A DNA stretch of 64,000 nucleotides from Geosiphon pyriformis uo1. Taxonomy: Eukaryota; Fungi; Glomeromycota. The notes beneath the pieces were generated by a model, which had not been told where the DNA came from, made no database searches, and worked only from the letters and a program-made list of their open reading frames with translations. This document shows positions 40,471 through 55,069 of the stretch, one piece after another. Where the stretch lies: the NCBI GenBank assembly GCA_016748015.1, contig JAAOMT010000479.1:585824-649823 (forward strand). The letters run 5' to 3'. The translations under genes and the position numbers were made by a program. Positions within the stretch are counted from its first letter, which is position 1. The number at the start of each line of letters is the position of its first letter.

Positions 40471-43400
40471 CTTCTTTTTTTTCTACATTCAAATTTTCCA
40501 AAGAGTAATTTTTCGAAAAAAAAAGTTTTTGTTTTATCTTCCTACTTAAATTATTTTTAATATTTCTCAAGCTAATAATTTTTTTGTAATAAACTTGGAG
40601 ACTGTTATAAGTAGCAATATGTCAAAAAAAAAACTTTCAAAAGTGCTTTTCATGATCTTGTTGGTAGTATTTTTTCTTAAAAAAAAGATTTTTATTGGTA
40701 ATATTAAGCATTTTAAAAATAAAAAAAAATTTTTTGGTCAAATTTGGTATTAATAATAGTATGTATTTAGATATAAATAATAAGTTTAATAATATTAAGA
40801 TTAATAATACTATAATAAGTTTGAGTAGTGGTTTTTTTTGGTTTAGCTGCAACAACTCTCAAAGCTAAAAAGATTAATATGAATTTGAATAGTAGATTTT
40901 TTATTGATATAATCGACTTTGGAATAGATAAAAATAAAGATTTTTTCTTCTTTTCTCTTAATATTTTTTTTGAAAAAAAGTAGATTGATCTTAAGATAAT
41001 AAAGACTCAAGTCAAGATGGTTGTTAAGAAATTTTTTGCTTTAGACATTAATCTATTGGCTGTAAAGAAAACTTTAACAATAGCAAAAACTCAGCTTATT
41101 AGAAAATATTTTTTGACAATTAATGGTTTTAAAAAGATCACAATTTTTTTAAAATTTAAAAAGATAATTAGATTAATGTTTACATTAAAAAAAAGCATGA
41201 AGAAAGCTGTATTATTAACCAAAAAAAAAACATCATGGTAAATAATTATTTTAAGAAACAAAAAATTTATTTAAATTAGGTTGTGATAGTAAAAAAAATT
41301 TTATGAATATGCCAAAAGAAATAATTATTGCAGCTTTTTCCAAATTTGTTTAAATAATGTTGATCTGATTATAATTAATTAAACTATAACAAAAAGCTGT
41401 GGTGCAGTTTGTTGGATCAAGTTAAGCAGATTAATTGGCAGCAAAATAGTCATTTTTAATCAGAAAAAATTTAGTGTATATAGCTAAAATTATGGAAAAC
41501 TGCAAAATTTAAATGTTTAAAGATTGTTTTAGAGCATTTTTATTTATTTTGCTTATAGAAATAACCACTTATAATCTTAATAATATGTTAAAAAGAGCTG
41601 GTAAGAAAACTTGCATTATTAATCACTTACTCAATACTAATAATCAGATTTACTGTGCTGTAATTGGCTTTGAATTAGATAAAAAACTAAAGTCTGCTTT
41701 TTATATAGAACTAATTTTTGGTAGTATAAAACTCTCTTGAACTAAAATGGATTTAGTTTGATATGAAAAGTATGAGAAGTTTGAATATTCTGTTTTAAAG
41801 TGTAATATATCAGATATATTTGTACTTAAGCTTTTGAAAACATTTAAAAGAATTGCTTTAAATGCAAATCATCTCCAGTTGGCCAAATTATATGCAAAAA
41901 AAAATGTTTCTATCTCCTATTTTATTGGTTTTTTTAATAATACTCACTCTGGTTCTGGTTCTGAATTTTTTTCTTTTGATATGTCACATATTAAAAAAAG
42001 TCTTATGATTATTCAAGATAATTCTTCTATTAGCACTTGTTAGACTTTTTTAAAATATTTTTTAGAGTTTTTGGCTAATTAAGTATTAAGTATTGTGTAA
42101 AAATTAAGCAGTATAAATCTGATGTCTTTGGTGCTTATTTTTCAATATTTTTTTTTTGGTGTGTCTGTTTTTTTAAATTTAAAATTAAATTTAGATATGC
42201 CTTTGGACAACTTATTTGAATTATTTATCTTTCTTTTTTTAATTGAAAATAATATGATTTTAAATTTGAATTTGAGCAGATCAAAGGTTGTAACCACTAA
42301 AATAAGTGAATTGAAATTGAAAATAATGATTTTTGAAGTTTCTGTCAATTCAGTTTTGGTAAAATTAAATTAGTTGTGTGCTGGCTTAAGTTTTCAGATA
42401 TCTCTTTTATCTCAATAATTAATTTAGTTTAAAAGTTTGCTATATGTAATATTCAAAGTATTAATGTTTCTGTAAAACAGAAAAACATTGTTCATTGGCA
42501 TATAAATTTAGATAACATGATTTTTATTATTATGAAAACAAAGTTAAAATCTAATATCAAGTCATAAATTGCAAATAAGTTTGATAAAGTGTAATTTTTC
42601 ACATTTAGTTTGAATAAAAATTTTTTTGGTGTTAAAATGGCCATTATTATAAACAATTCTTTGGTTTAACATATTTTTAAGATAAAAAAAATTTTTAGTT
42701 GTGGTATTTTAGTATAGCTTTTTTTTAAGAACAAGTTATTAGTTATGGTTTTGGGTTTGTATACTAATATTTTTGCTAAAGCTAAGTTTGATTAAAGTTC
42801 AGATGTTAATTTTCTTATTGCTAAGACTATTAACTTTAGCACTTTTGTGGTTTTAAGTAAAAATTTTAATGAAAATAAGTTTGGGAAAAGTGCAAGTTTC
42901 AAGTTTTGTTTGGATTTGGTCAACTTATTTAATAAATATTTATTAGTCAAAACCTTAATTTAGAGCAACTTAAAAAATATCAAAAAAATTATAGATTATA
43001 TTTTTGTAAATAAGAGCTTGTTATCAGCAGTTTTTGGTCATAAGGTCATCTTTATATTTATTTTTTTCAACATTAATCACAAAATTATCTTGGTATTAAT
43101 TGATCTAAATAGTCTCTTAGATGTTTATTTAAATAGTATACACAAGCAAATTATTAAAAATTATTAAAAATTTAAAATCAAAAATACAAATAATGCTAAG
43201 TAAATACAATTTAAAAAATATTTTTTTACTAAGTTTTCAGTAATAAAAAATAAGTTTTTAAGAGTAAAAACTTGTGAAAATTTGAATACTATATAGAATT
43301 TGTTGGAAAGAGTAATAATAGAGTTAGTTGATAAGACATTTTCTAAACATTAATTTAATAAGTTTCAGTGTTTAAAAAACAGGCAGTCTTCAAGATTTTT

Positions 43401-46400
43401 TGAATTGAAATTATTAGTTGCCAAAATTATTAAGAAGTTGAACTCAGATAACATGCTTGGATTCAATTATTTTGCTAAAAAATGGTTTACTTTAGATAAT
43501 AGTTAAGCTTTCAAGATTATAAATATGGTTTGGATTAAAAGAAAGTTAATAGATATTCTCAAACATTTGTCAATAATATGAAAAAAATACAGAAACTTCA
43601 AGCTTTATAAGTTAAAATTGGCTAAAAAAGTGTCTATTAAGAAAACAATTAAAAAGTACATAAAAAGTTTTTGTTCTAATAAAAGAGATATAATAAAAAG
43701 TATTTTAGATCAGTTTTTTTACAAGATGATTTTTAATTACTTAGTAGTGAAAAGTGAGTTGGTTTTGAAACCAGAGGAAGTAAAGCTTAGTATTAATAAA
43801 ATTATGAAAAACTAGATAAAAAAGCAGACTATATCTCTGAAAATATCTGATCTTTGAGCTTACTAGTATGCACTATTAAATTACATAAATAATAATGCTT
43901 TTTTTGATATAATAAGAGATATTAATATAAGAAAACTGCTCTTGGTAATTAATAATCTGCCTGATGACAAAACTGTTAATTTGTCTGGTATTTTTAATAA
44001 ACTTTGAAAACATGATAGTAATAATGTAATAAGATGTCTTTTGAAGCTGTTAAATACATGTTTGTTCTTTGGTAGTATTTTTGTTTTATAGAAAAGAGCT
44101 TGGATTTCAATAATTCCTAAACCTAATAATTGGAATGAGGTTTTAACAAACACTTAATCTATTGTTTTAATCAAAATAGCCAGTATTACAAAATGGTTTT
44201 CTTGGTATATTTTAATTGTTGATCTTCCATTTTAATTGCAATCAGTCTCTTGTGAGTTTCTCTATTTTATGTGTTAGATATTAATAATAATGTACTGAAG
44301 GTTTTCTCTTGATATTGTAATATAAGTTTTTTCTTTAATTCTAGTTGTCTTTGTATGTTGTGTACTCCTTCCCAGAGGCTAATCTGAAATTTACCCACTG
44401 TTTGGGGTCTTCTCTGAAGCTATCCTTGCAATTGTCTAATGTGTTTCTCTAATCTAGAAACATGAAATATTAATAATCTTTTTGCAATTTTTCTAAGTAT
44501 ATAATAAAGCTTTTTCAATTTAATTAGTAACCACATGAATAATCTTGATCAGGGATTATTCTTCCAAAGGATTTAAAGATAAAATGATAGTTTCATTTGC
44601 TAAAAAGAATATGTGAATTCTATTGTTAATCTCGTAATTGTGATGTTCATTCAATTTATTATTTTTATTAATTCTTTTTGAATAAGATTTTATTTAAATA
44701 TTTGTTGCTTTTAGTTGAAACTTGTTCGATTTTTTATCATTAAAACTATTGTATATATATATAATTATTGTTTTACAAAATAACGTCTTGTAATACTCTA
44801 TTTCTATTATTTCTAAATAGTGCTTGCTGCTATTATATAATAGTGCTTGTTGTTATTTGTAAATCATTTTTTTTTATAAATTGTTGCTGTACTATTTCAT
44901 GATTGGCTAATTTATATTATTTATAATTCCTATTAAATTCTTGAACTGTAACATCAGAAAATTTTTTTTTAAAATTCTATCCAATTAGATTTTATTTGCA
45001 TATAATAAATTTGGTATTCTCTGTGGAAATAATTTTTTAGTTTTAAAGAGTACATTTACTTAGTTTTTTGTATTCACAATTGGATCAGTAATTGAAAATG
45101 TTCTAAAAAAATAAGAAATTTTGGTTGGTTCTACAAAATATACACAAAACATATAATTTAGTTGATTAATATCACTTAAGAGCTAACTTATAGTGGATTA
45201 AGATATGTAAATGGTTTATCAAGTTTTTTGGTAATATATATAAAAATAGAATTAATAAAATGATAACTGATTTTGGCTTTTCAAATAACTATAAAATACA
45301 TAATAAGTTGAATTAAGATGAAATTTTCTTATCTTTTCTTTAGAGAATTTTTTATAATTTACTTTTGTGCAAGATTAAGAGACATGAACATTTATGTAAA
45401 TACTATATTAATATTAAGTTTGTAATCAAGACAGACAAAATAGAGAATATTTGTGAAATATCTTTTTTTTTACTGCTGGTGCTTTTGTGAATAATACAAT
45501 CTGAATTGGAAATAGTTAGGCTTTTACACAGTATGCTTTAGACATTATTAGTGAATTTTTTTTGCTCAATAATATTTTTATCAATAATAAAAAGACAATG
45601 GCTATTTTTATTAACTAGAATGTTAAAGTGGTCTCTTTGAGATTTAGTAAATCACTAATTTTAATTGTTAAAAGAAATTAAGTATACAGATATCTGGGCA
45701 TCTTTTTGTTAACTAAGGAGTTGTTTAAGCCAAGTCTGGTTAAAATTTATTCTAATGTTTAATTCTTTGTCAATGTAATGCTTAAAAAAATTATTATAAA
45801 TAAATAGTTTTTTTATTTGGTTTTGGCAGTTTTGCAATTTATAATTAAATATAAGACTTAATTTAGTTTTGTTTTATTTAATATATATTACAAATAAAAT
45901 GTTATAATTAGAAAAAATCTCAAGTCAAAAGCCAATTTGCCACATGATTTTCTTAGTAAGACTCTATATTATCTCTCTTTATATAGGTTGAAATTTTTTA
46001 AGCAGATACAATCTAAAAAAAAATTGGCTTTATTAATTGTCTTTTTAAATATATTAGACATTTTTAGATATTTGTTTAATTACAGATTCTTGGATTTGCA
46101 GGTTTTGGGATAGGCTTTCTTAAATTTTTTACAGGTTTTTATCAGATTGTATGTTAGTTCAATAAACAATTTTCTGGCTGGAATAGTGAAAATTTTTTTG
46201 GACAATAATTTATTTTTAATAAACAATTTGTTTAATATATTTTATAGTTTGTAAAGGTTTCTGATATTAGACATTTTGGAGAAGTCTTTTTATTTTAGTT
46301 TTGTTTATTCTTTGAAACAGTTTGGTATTGTATTTGGTAACAAACTTTTGGACAAAAAAGGAAACATAATAGATTGTATAATGTTTTGTTAATAAAAAAA

Positions 46401-46833
46401 ACTGGATCTTAAAGACTCTATGCCTTATTGGTTCAAGTTGACATCAAAATTTTTACATGATAAAAATTTTTTAATGGTCATTTCTGTTGGCATTGAATGA
46501 TTACCTAACTTGAATGTTTTAAAATCTGAGAAGTTTTCTAAAATGTGAAGCTGTTTATATAAGATTTGGTTTGGTTTAATTAAAGTGTATATAGATGATT
46601 CCTTGAAGAACATTGGTTCTGTTAAGATTGTTAGTAAAATGGCTGCTTACTTTTAAACTGCAAAGATAAATATTGAAGTTAAAGTACATGAGCTTTTGTT
46701 TTTTACAATAGCTGAATTACAGGCTGTTGCTTTATCTTTAAAGTGTGTTCTATCTTCTTATATAGTAGTTTTGTATTTAAACAGTCAAGCTGCCATAAAT
46801 ATGTGTCTATTTGAGATTAAGTTTGCTGTACTT
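40471..46833 (+). mobile_element. LINE copy A: 5'UTR, ORF1, ORF2 (APE endonuclease, RT, RNase H); interrupted and 3'-truncated
   Basis: 5' end CTTCTTTTTTTTCTACATTCAAATTTTCCA; ORF1 VVKKFFALDINL; APE V*KFAICNIQSINV (~42427); RT AGAFVNNTI*IG (~45480); RNase H VYIDDSLK (~46585) and TIAELQA. Confidence 0.88.
44184..45320. mobile_element. Nested insertion in LINE copy A, probably an LTR-retroelement fragment
   Basis: LINE homology breaks after IVLIKIA (44183) and resumes at ~45331. The insert starts TATTACAAA, as does the insert at 53381. Confidence 0.5.
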
Positions 46834-47451
46834 GTTATTGATTTTTTTTTCATAGTTGAAAAATTAATGTCTAATGCAAAGAAATTTTTAATGGTCATTT
46901 CAACTTAAGTTTTCACTATTTTAGAATCAATTTATCTTTTTTTAAGAGATATATTAATAAAAGAAGAAAAAAATCTTTTATTTTCATCTATTTTATAGTT
47001 AAATATACCAATAAAAAAGCCATAATTTAAGTTAATATTAATTCTCTTATTTTTAAAAATTGTTACAATTGAGCCAAAAAAAAAACCACTATCAGTATTT
47101 TTTAATATATTACTAACTTTGCTATTACTTGATTTATTATCTATATTTGAATATATATTATTGTTAAGACTAAGTTTAACCAAAAATTTTATTATTATTA
47201 TTAGAATGTTTAATATTACTTACAGATACTCTTTTTTTTAAAAAAAAGTACTTTTAACAAGACTTTAAAAAGCTCTTTTGGGTGTCTTTTTCTTAGACAT
47301 ATTGTTATTTAAAACAGCTTTCAAATTTATTACAAAAGATTATTAGCTTGAGAAATATTGAAAGTAATATTTATTAGAAAAAATAAAAACAAAAACTTTT
47401 TTTTTCTAAAAATTGCTTTTTGGAAAATTTTAAACATAGGAAAAAAAAAAG
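46834..47451 (-). mobile_element. LINE copy B: 5'UTR and start of ORF1 only
   Basis: The reverse complement of 47421-47451 matches the 5' end of copy A; the following sequence parallels 40471-41000. Confidence 0.75.
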
Positions 47452-47461
47452 TTTTTATAAA

Positions 47462-50400
47462 TTTTTTTTTTTAACATTTAATAAGTAAGTCCTAAATACA
47501 ATCTAGCATAATATATCAAACTAAATAATCTAAACTAGGTGCAAATCATGTACTTTTTATATGTAACCAGTCACTTAGGCTAATCAGAGCAACACTATGA
47601 ATCTATCTTGACAAATATTACACTATTAATATCAGAAAAAAAACTACAGAGCTTTTAAAAACCAAAACTAATATTATGTACTTCTGTAATCCCAAGTAAC
47701 TTAATAATACCATCTAAAAATGACAAAAAAAGTCTGCAAGCAGCTGAAAATATTAAATTATCACTTGCTACCAAACTTTTTTTTTCTATAATTATCTTAT
47801 ACTTAGTCCTTATCAATCAAACTTCAGTCTAATAAGCTATTTCTAAATTCCTTACCAATTTAATAATTTTTTTGTTAGCAACTTTAACACATCCAAAAAT
47901 GTACAAGACTTTCAAATACCAATCTTTAAAAGCAAAACCTTTACACAAAACAGTATATACACTACTGTCAAAAACACACAAAGATAATATATGTAGGATA
48001 TAAAATAATAACAAATCCAATTTAAACTCAGAAGACCACTAAACCAAAAAAGAATCAAACAAGTTTTTGCAAATAACAAAATTTATTACACAAGTAAACA
48101 AATGATCAGAAAGTTCTACTTCTTTACAATAAAAGCACAAAACATTAAGATATTTTCTATTATACAAGTGTTTTCTAACAGCAATTGACAAATAATAATA
48201 CAAAGCTTTTATAAAATATGAGCATAATTCTGCAGTAAGTTTACTTATAAAACCAAATATCATATGTAAATTTGGATGCCAAACCAATAAAGATTGAGCC
48301 CAGTCCATATCTTTAATTATGTTTACACTAATAACATTAGACCCAGATTTAATCTCTTAATGAGTACAATAAACAGCCCTAAAAATATTGCAAGTAAAAT
48401 AGCAAATATTACCAAAAACCACCACCTTACCAGTTTTAATATCTTCTTAACAAAAACAAGAAACACCAAATTTGAATGTGAAGTTAAATAGGCCAATTCA
48501 TCTGCATGTTTATTGCTTATAACATCCAAATGTTTTTTGACCTTGTATTAGGAGATGTTTAGCTCTTTATTTCTAATAAAATTTACAATACAACATTTTT
48601 CTAGCCAACAGTTATTGTAAAAGTCCAGCAAAACTATATCTAATTTAGTATTACAAGTATTTAATACAGCTTAACTGTCAGAATATATCGCAACAGTATT
48701 ACAAAGTAGAATATACTCTAAAGCCAAAGTTATCATCTGCAATTTGGTTAATGTAGATAAAACCAGACCACCAACTTTAATACCAATAACTATGTCCAGG
48801 TCAAAGAAAAATACAGCAGCATTACATCTTATCTTACATATTCTTAAGCTTATTAAAAACCTATTTGTATAAATATTAACAATTTCTAACTTATTTTTAG
48901 AAAAGCAGCACTTTAATTTAAAAAAGCCACTAATATCAAAAATATTTAAAGGTCTAGAGCCAATATTAGATAACTGAACAGTAAAACAAAATGCAGAATT
49001 GGCTAAAAAATCACATACTAACTTGAACCAAACAAAAACCAAGCCCCTAAAATTGAGTTTTTTTCAACAATAAAAGCTCTTTTAATCAAAAACTAACCCT
49101 TTTTTATTGTACAATTGTTTAACAAAACCAATATTAAATCTTTTAAGTAAGCAAAAAACATTATAAAACACCAAGATTTCCAAAACAGAAGACATAGGAG
49201 TGTTATTAAAAAAATGAAATACAGAGAGACAAATATTGTTTAAAGAGAAATCATAATTTAAAAAAATCTTAATCATACTAACTAAAAAGTTGTTAAGCAA
49301 ACTAATTTTCAGCTTTACCAGATAATACAAAGAATGAACAAATGACTAAATTAGGATTTGCAGATCCAAAAATCTGTAATTAAACAGATAACCAAGAATT
49401 TTATTAGCATTTGAAAAACTTAACACTGAAACTGCTTTCTCTATTATTTGTATTTACTTAAATAATATTAAGTTATACAGAGATAAATAGTATAAAGCCT
49501 TATTAAAAAAATTTTTCAGCAAGCCTGCTTTCATTTTTAAACTCTTCCTAATCAGCATATCTTATTTATTATACACACTTATTAAGACAAAACTAAACTG
49601 AGTTCTATAGTTAATTATAGACTACAATACAGTTAAGACCAAATAAAAAAACTGTTTGTCTGTGATAGCTTTTTTCAAGACCAAATTAGCAAAAAATTTG
49701 ACATTGGAATAAGCTTTTATCAAGTTAGGTTTGACTAAACCTTCAGAAAACAAAAAAATATTAAGATACTTATAAGACTTTTTCTTTTATATAATAGATA
49801 TTAGCAAACCACATATTAACAATAAGACATCTCTTATTCTCTAATTGATAAAAATAACCATTGTTTTTTCATTGTTTATTGAAATGTAATTTATCTGAAA
49901 AAACTCATTTGTAATATTCAAAATATATTAAATAGCAGTTTAATTACTTTTCAGCCAAATTGTGTTATCAACAAAGACATTAGCTATAAAGTAAAAGTTA
50001 GTTTATCTTGATTTTTTAGTCTGCCAATTTTGGCAACAAATTTAGTGTCAATACAGTAGTTACATAAGCTTTATGCTTCTTAATTTTGCACAAAAAAGGA
50101 TCATAAAAAATCATTTAGAGCAAGGGAGAAAAAATCTCATCCTGATTAAGACCATTATGTATTTGGTATCTATTAATAAGTTTATAGTCTGTTATGACTT
50201 AATTGATCTTATTATTGTAAATATTACCAAAGAATCTAATGAAATAACTACACATTTTAATTCAAACCAAACTATTTCTTAAATAAAGCCATCTAACAGA
50301 ATTATAGACTTTTTGTATATCTTGTAAAACCAGCCACAACTTATGACTTTTTTTTAAGACATTTTTAATTACCAAGCCAACTGCAAAGATAGAAAACTAA

Positions 50401-53400
50401 GTAATAATATCTTTCAATACAAAGAAATTGTTATCACAAAGAATATCAAATTTGCTGCAGACCAAAAAGATCCTGTTAAAAAATAGCTTGGAAAAATTTT
50501 TCTAGCAGTTTCAATCAAAACAATTGGTTTTGTGTTAGTTAAAATGCTCTTTCATTCATAAAATTTAAGAATCATTAAAGCCCAAGCCTTTTTCCAAGAC
50601 TAAAGCACAAATTTACACACTAAACAAGTGTTAAGAATATATAAGAGCATTAGTAATATTGAACTATCACAATGTTTCCAAAGCTCATTTACAATACCAA
50701 ACAGACCAGCAGCTTTTCTATTAGATAAGTCTTTAATTACATTTAACATATTATCATATTTAATAATATTTATGACTTTAGAGAAAGCAATGTTATTAAT
50801 ATAAGCCAACAGTTTGTATTAATAGCATTACAACTTAAAAACACTATTCAACACCAATTTTTTTCTTGTCCAACCTTTTATAATCACATCAATCTTACAT
50901 TTGATCTTCTCTAGAACCAAAACTAATTTATTATTAGCAACCAAGTGATTCAACACAACTTTCTTAAAAGAGTGCTCTAATATACTCCTAATTATGTAGT
51001 CTTTGTTAACAGCAAAACTCTCCATTTTTTTGTTAATAACAGCTCTTATATTTGTATTTTTTGTCCTTAATAATTTGGCAAGTTTTAAGACACAATAAGT
51101 CTTTCTCTTATCAGAAAAAGCAGATTTTATAGACTTAAGATTAGCACTTAAATCTAATAATATTTGAATATTTGAAGTTCTATCATTGTCCAAAAACATC
51201 TAGCAGTTTATAAAAGTAATAAATTTACTGCCAGTCTTTTCATTTGAAAATTTAACAATCTTGAACACCAACAATTCCAATTTGTGAAACTTAGACAATT
51301 TTTTGGTAAAAATTTCATCAAAGCTCTTAAACCATTTTTTTCTATATATCTTATTGGCTGATAGACTTATTATTTTATGAATAATATCTTATATCACATT
51401 TAAATCTGAAGACTTCTTAAAAACTAAAAACTCATTAGAGAATATTACAAAGTTGACTGCTGTAAAATTCTTAAATTTGTTTTATTTTATTTTATCAAAA
51501 CTCTTAAAATTAAATTTTTAGCAATCTCTATTTGTTTGTTTGCACAAAAAGTTTAGGTGCACATTCAACAGATCATTCTAACCTACAGAGACAGAAACAG
51601 CTTGATGATTAGTGTTAAAGTACTTTTTAATATTTATAACATTACAATCTACTATAATATTATTCAAACTTAAAGAAACAAATACATAATTAATTGTTTT
51701 TTTAATGTTTCTAGAGTTTTTTTATATTGGCATTTTAGCAGTTAAACTCTCTACTAAAGAATTGACCAGTCTTAAACTAAAATACTTCTTAAAACTAACA
51801 CATTTGCAAAAATTATTTTCATTGAAGTTTTTACTTAAAATAACAAAAAAAAATTCATTTACAGTCTTCATGATCAATAAGTTGATTTTTTCAGTCTGAG
51901 CCAAATGCACTATTAGTGTTGTATCAGCATATAGTCCCAAAATTAAAACAGAAAATTTATTTTTGAAGAGTAATCTAACTAACAGAAGCCAGCCAGAAAT
52001 CTTAAAAACTTTACACACATGCCTTGCCAAGACAATATTTATAATAATTGTAATACCAAAGCCTAATTAATTAGAATCTAAACCAAAAACAAATACATAA
52101 AAACCATCAAACTTATTAGCAATTCATAAACAAATCTTATCTTTCAGTTTTATTTCAGTAACTATTAAAATCAAATTATTTATATCTTTGTGTCAACAAA
52201 TAATATCTACTTGCTTAGTAGAGTTGTTTATATTTTTAATATTGTATATAGCTATTTTCTAAATAAGATCAATTATTGAAAAGAATGAATATCAGAAACC
52301 AAACTAGTATTGTCCACTTTGGCTATCAAGTTATAATTATGTTTGACAAGTTGTTTATATTTTTTTCCAATTTTGAGACATATATTGGATCAAAAATTAC
52401 TGTTCTTGCAACAGTCTCACCACTAGTGACCACACCCAAATTCTTACTTATTACTATATTCACCTCTTGATTCCATAATAAAGAAGTCACTAACAGTTAA
52501 CATCTAGAACTAGGCTGGAAAACCATTGGTTTGAATGCATTTAACCTTTAAGCCAACTTATTAATCTGTTCTGTGAAGTTAACCAAACTGTACTTAAGAG
52601 TGGCAAACTTATAATTCATTTCTTCAGACACCAATGGAATAAACTTTATCTTCAGAAAAGAGTTAAAAATTGATAAATCATTATGTACAAAAAAAAAAAA
52701 ATATAACTCACTAACAATTTTTGTCCAAAACACATTATCAAAAACAACTAAATAAACAATAGAAGCCAAATGTCTGGCATAAATAGATACTAGTCTGCTT
52801 TTATCTATGTTTGACAGTATATTATAAGGAAAACAATTAAAAAAAAATCTTCCACCTATAAAACAGCTTAGTAATATATGACTTATATTCTTATACTTAG
52901 TATACTTAATAGAAATAAAATAAGATTAGTAAAGATTGGCACTTCTTAACACTGGCATAGTTTTTATAATAGTATTAAGTGATTCAGCAAAATTAAAGCA
53001 AACAACAACACATCTGAATTAAGCATATGTAATTAAATATTGATTAATAATGCATGTTTTTTTACCTATTAATTCAAATGTTATAAGTATTTGTTTTTAT
53101 TGGTAATATATAGAGCAATGTTTTATTACAGTCCTTTGCATTTCATAAATTTTTGTTTTTATTAGTTTTAGTTACAAACACAGTATTTTTTCCAATTAGA
53201 ATAGATCATTTTGCTATAAACAAATCAATATGCTCAATTTGGTCAAACTTTACTACAGTCTTCTGTTACATTTTTACCAATTGCATCTTGATTAACTTTA
53301 TTAATTCAAACCCAAATAGTGTAGTATGTACAGCTTTAACTAATGTTCTAATTGGAATTTTTTTTATTACTATAGTTTAATATTACAAATGATTATTTGA

Positions 53401-55069
53401 GATGTTAATATAAATAACAAATCTGTAACTTGGTGCTCAATAGCTGGTAATATTAGTAATTTTTGAAGATTTAGTTGAATTTTTTGTATAATAAACAGAG
53501 ATTTAATTGATGATTTTTTTCATGAATTTTTTTTTTAGTATAGTGGCTAATTTAATCTAATAGTTATGTTCTTTTGATAAACTATTCTTAAATTTCTACT
53601 CTTGTTCTTGGGTTTTTTACCAAGCTATCTTTGATGTCAAATACTTAGTGTTTAATCTCTTTAATTAATTAATAATTAACAAAATGAAACAAAAAAAAAT
53701 AAAAAAAAATAAAAATAAAATAAAAATTAATATTCTATTAATAGCTATAATTAAGAGCTATTGGTTCAGTATAGTTAAATGTTGGATTTTATCAACATGG
53801 AATGTTGATAAAATAGAAGTGATTAATATTTCTTAATTAAGTGATAATAACATAAATTTAGGTAATAATTGATATTTTATTGATATGTAATTTGATTTTA
53901 CTTTAAGTTGTAAAAACACTACCTTTTGAAAAAAAAAGTATTGGTTAATTAATAAGTTCTAACTGATTGTTGGTATTAATTTTGTCTTTTTTGCTTTTAA
54001 TATTCTTCTTATATATATATAATTTTTATTATATAAGATCTCATATTTTCTTGAACAATGTGCCTTATTTTTTCTAACAATGTGCTTATTGTTAAGCAAT
54101 ATGCCATAATTTTTTGACAATGTGCTTATTATTGAGCAGTATACCATAATTTATTAACAATATGTATATTGTTAAGCAATATGTTATAATTTTCTGATAT
54201 TGTGTTTACTCACTAAGTACTATTCTTCTATTGGTCTATTTTTCTATCTGTTTTTTCTACTTTTTTTTCTTGTATTTTTTCTATAAGTAACACCAATCTA
54301 AATATCCAATAAATCTCTTAAGATTAATGTTTACAAAAATATTTCTGGTCTTTGCCAAATTAGTTGCTTGCATTAAGTTAGATTCAAAAGTAAAGATTAT
54401 TTTGATAATTCCAGCAAATTTTGAGGAAGTAAAGATTCTTCCAAAACCATTGATTTTTGAAAACATTTTTTTGACCACTGTCAGCTTTTCTTGAAAAAAC
54501 TTTCCAATTATTTTATCTAAGCCAATATCTAAAACAAATAACTTTCTAATAAGAACATTAATCAAATTTTTTAGAAAAAAAGAAAAGCCAATAGAATATC
54601 TAATAAAATATCATCATCATTGTTATTACTTAAGAAATTGATTTTTTCTAAAGCCTTTTTGGTTTTAACTTATAAGTCTTTTAAAGTTTGGTCAGTATTT
54701 TTTTCTTTTCATAGTCAATACTAGTCTCTTCAATTAAACACTCCTTTTTTATATTAATACTGTTAGATTTAGTAGTGTTATCAATATTTAAGCCCCAAAA
54801 ACAACCACTCAATCTTTTAATAGAAATATTTTTTATCTTAATAATACTATCTTCTAAGATATCATCTCTTTTTTTTTTCTGACAATACAAACTTGGTATT
54901 TATACTTGGGCAAGAGTTTTTAACAAACTTTTTTAAGATAACAATATTAGGGCCAACAGTAATTTTGTAAACAAGCAAAAATGGTTTGAATTTATTATAT
55001 TAAATAATTAAAACTTTTTTTTAATAAATATACTCTTTCTGTAAATTTAGAACATAGAAAAAAAAGAAG
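47462..55069 (-). mobile_element. LINE copy C: near full length (5'UTR, ORF1, APE, RT, RNase H, C-terminal Cys/His motif, A-tail)
   Basis: 5' end at ~55069; ORF1 at 54281-54890 and 52300-53380; APE LILGLYAD; RT VFVDNT (~49970); RNase H NIYTNRFL; LCFYCKEVELSDHLFTC; the T-run at 47462-47472 is the A-tail. Confidence 0.9.
53381..54285. mobile_element. Nested insertion in ORF1 of LINE copy C, containing a ~41-bp tandem repeat (x4, ~54052-54215)
   Basis: Interrupts ORF1 homology; repeat unit is approximately AACAATGTGCTTATTGTTAAGCAATATGCCATAATTTTTT. Confidence 0.55.

Noticed and set aside
54052-54215. 41-bp periodic repeat as a CRISPR-like array
   Set aside because: Degenerate contiguous tandem units with no unique spacers and no cas genes, in a eukaryotic TE context.
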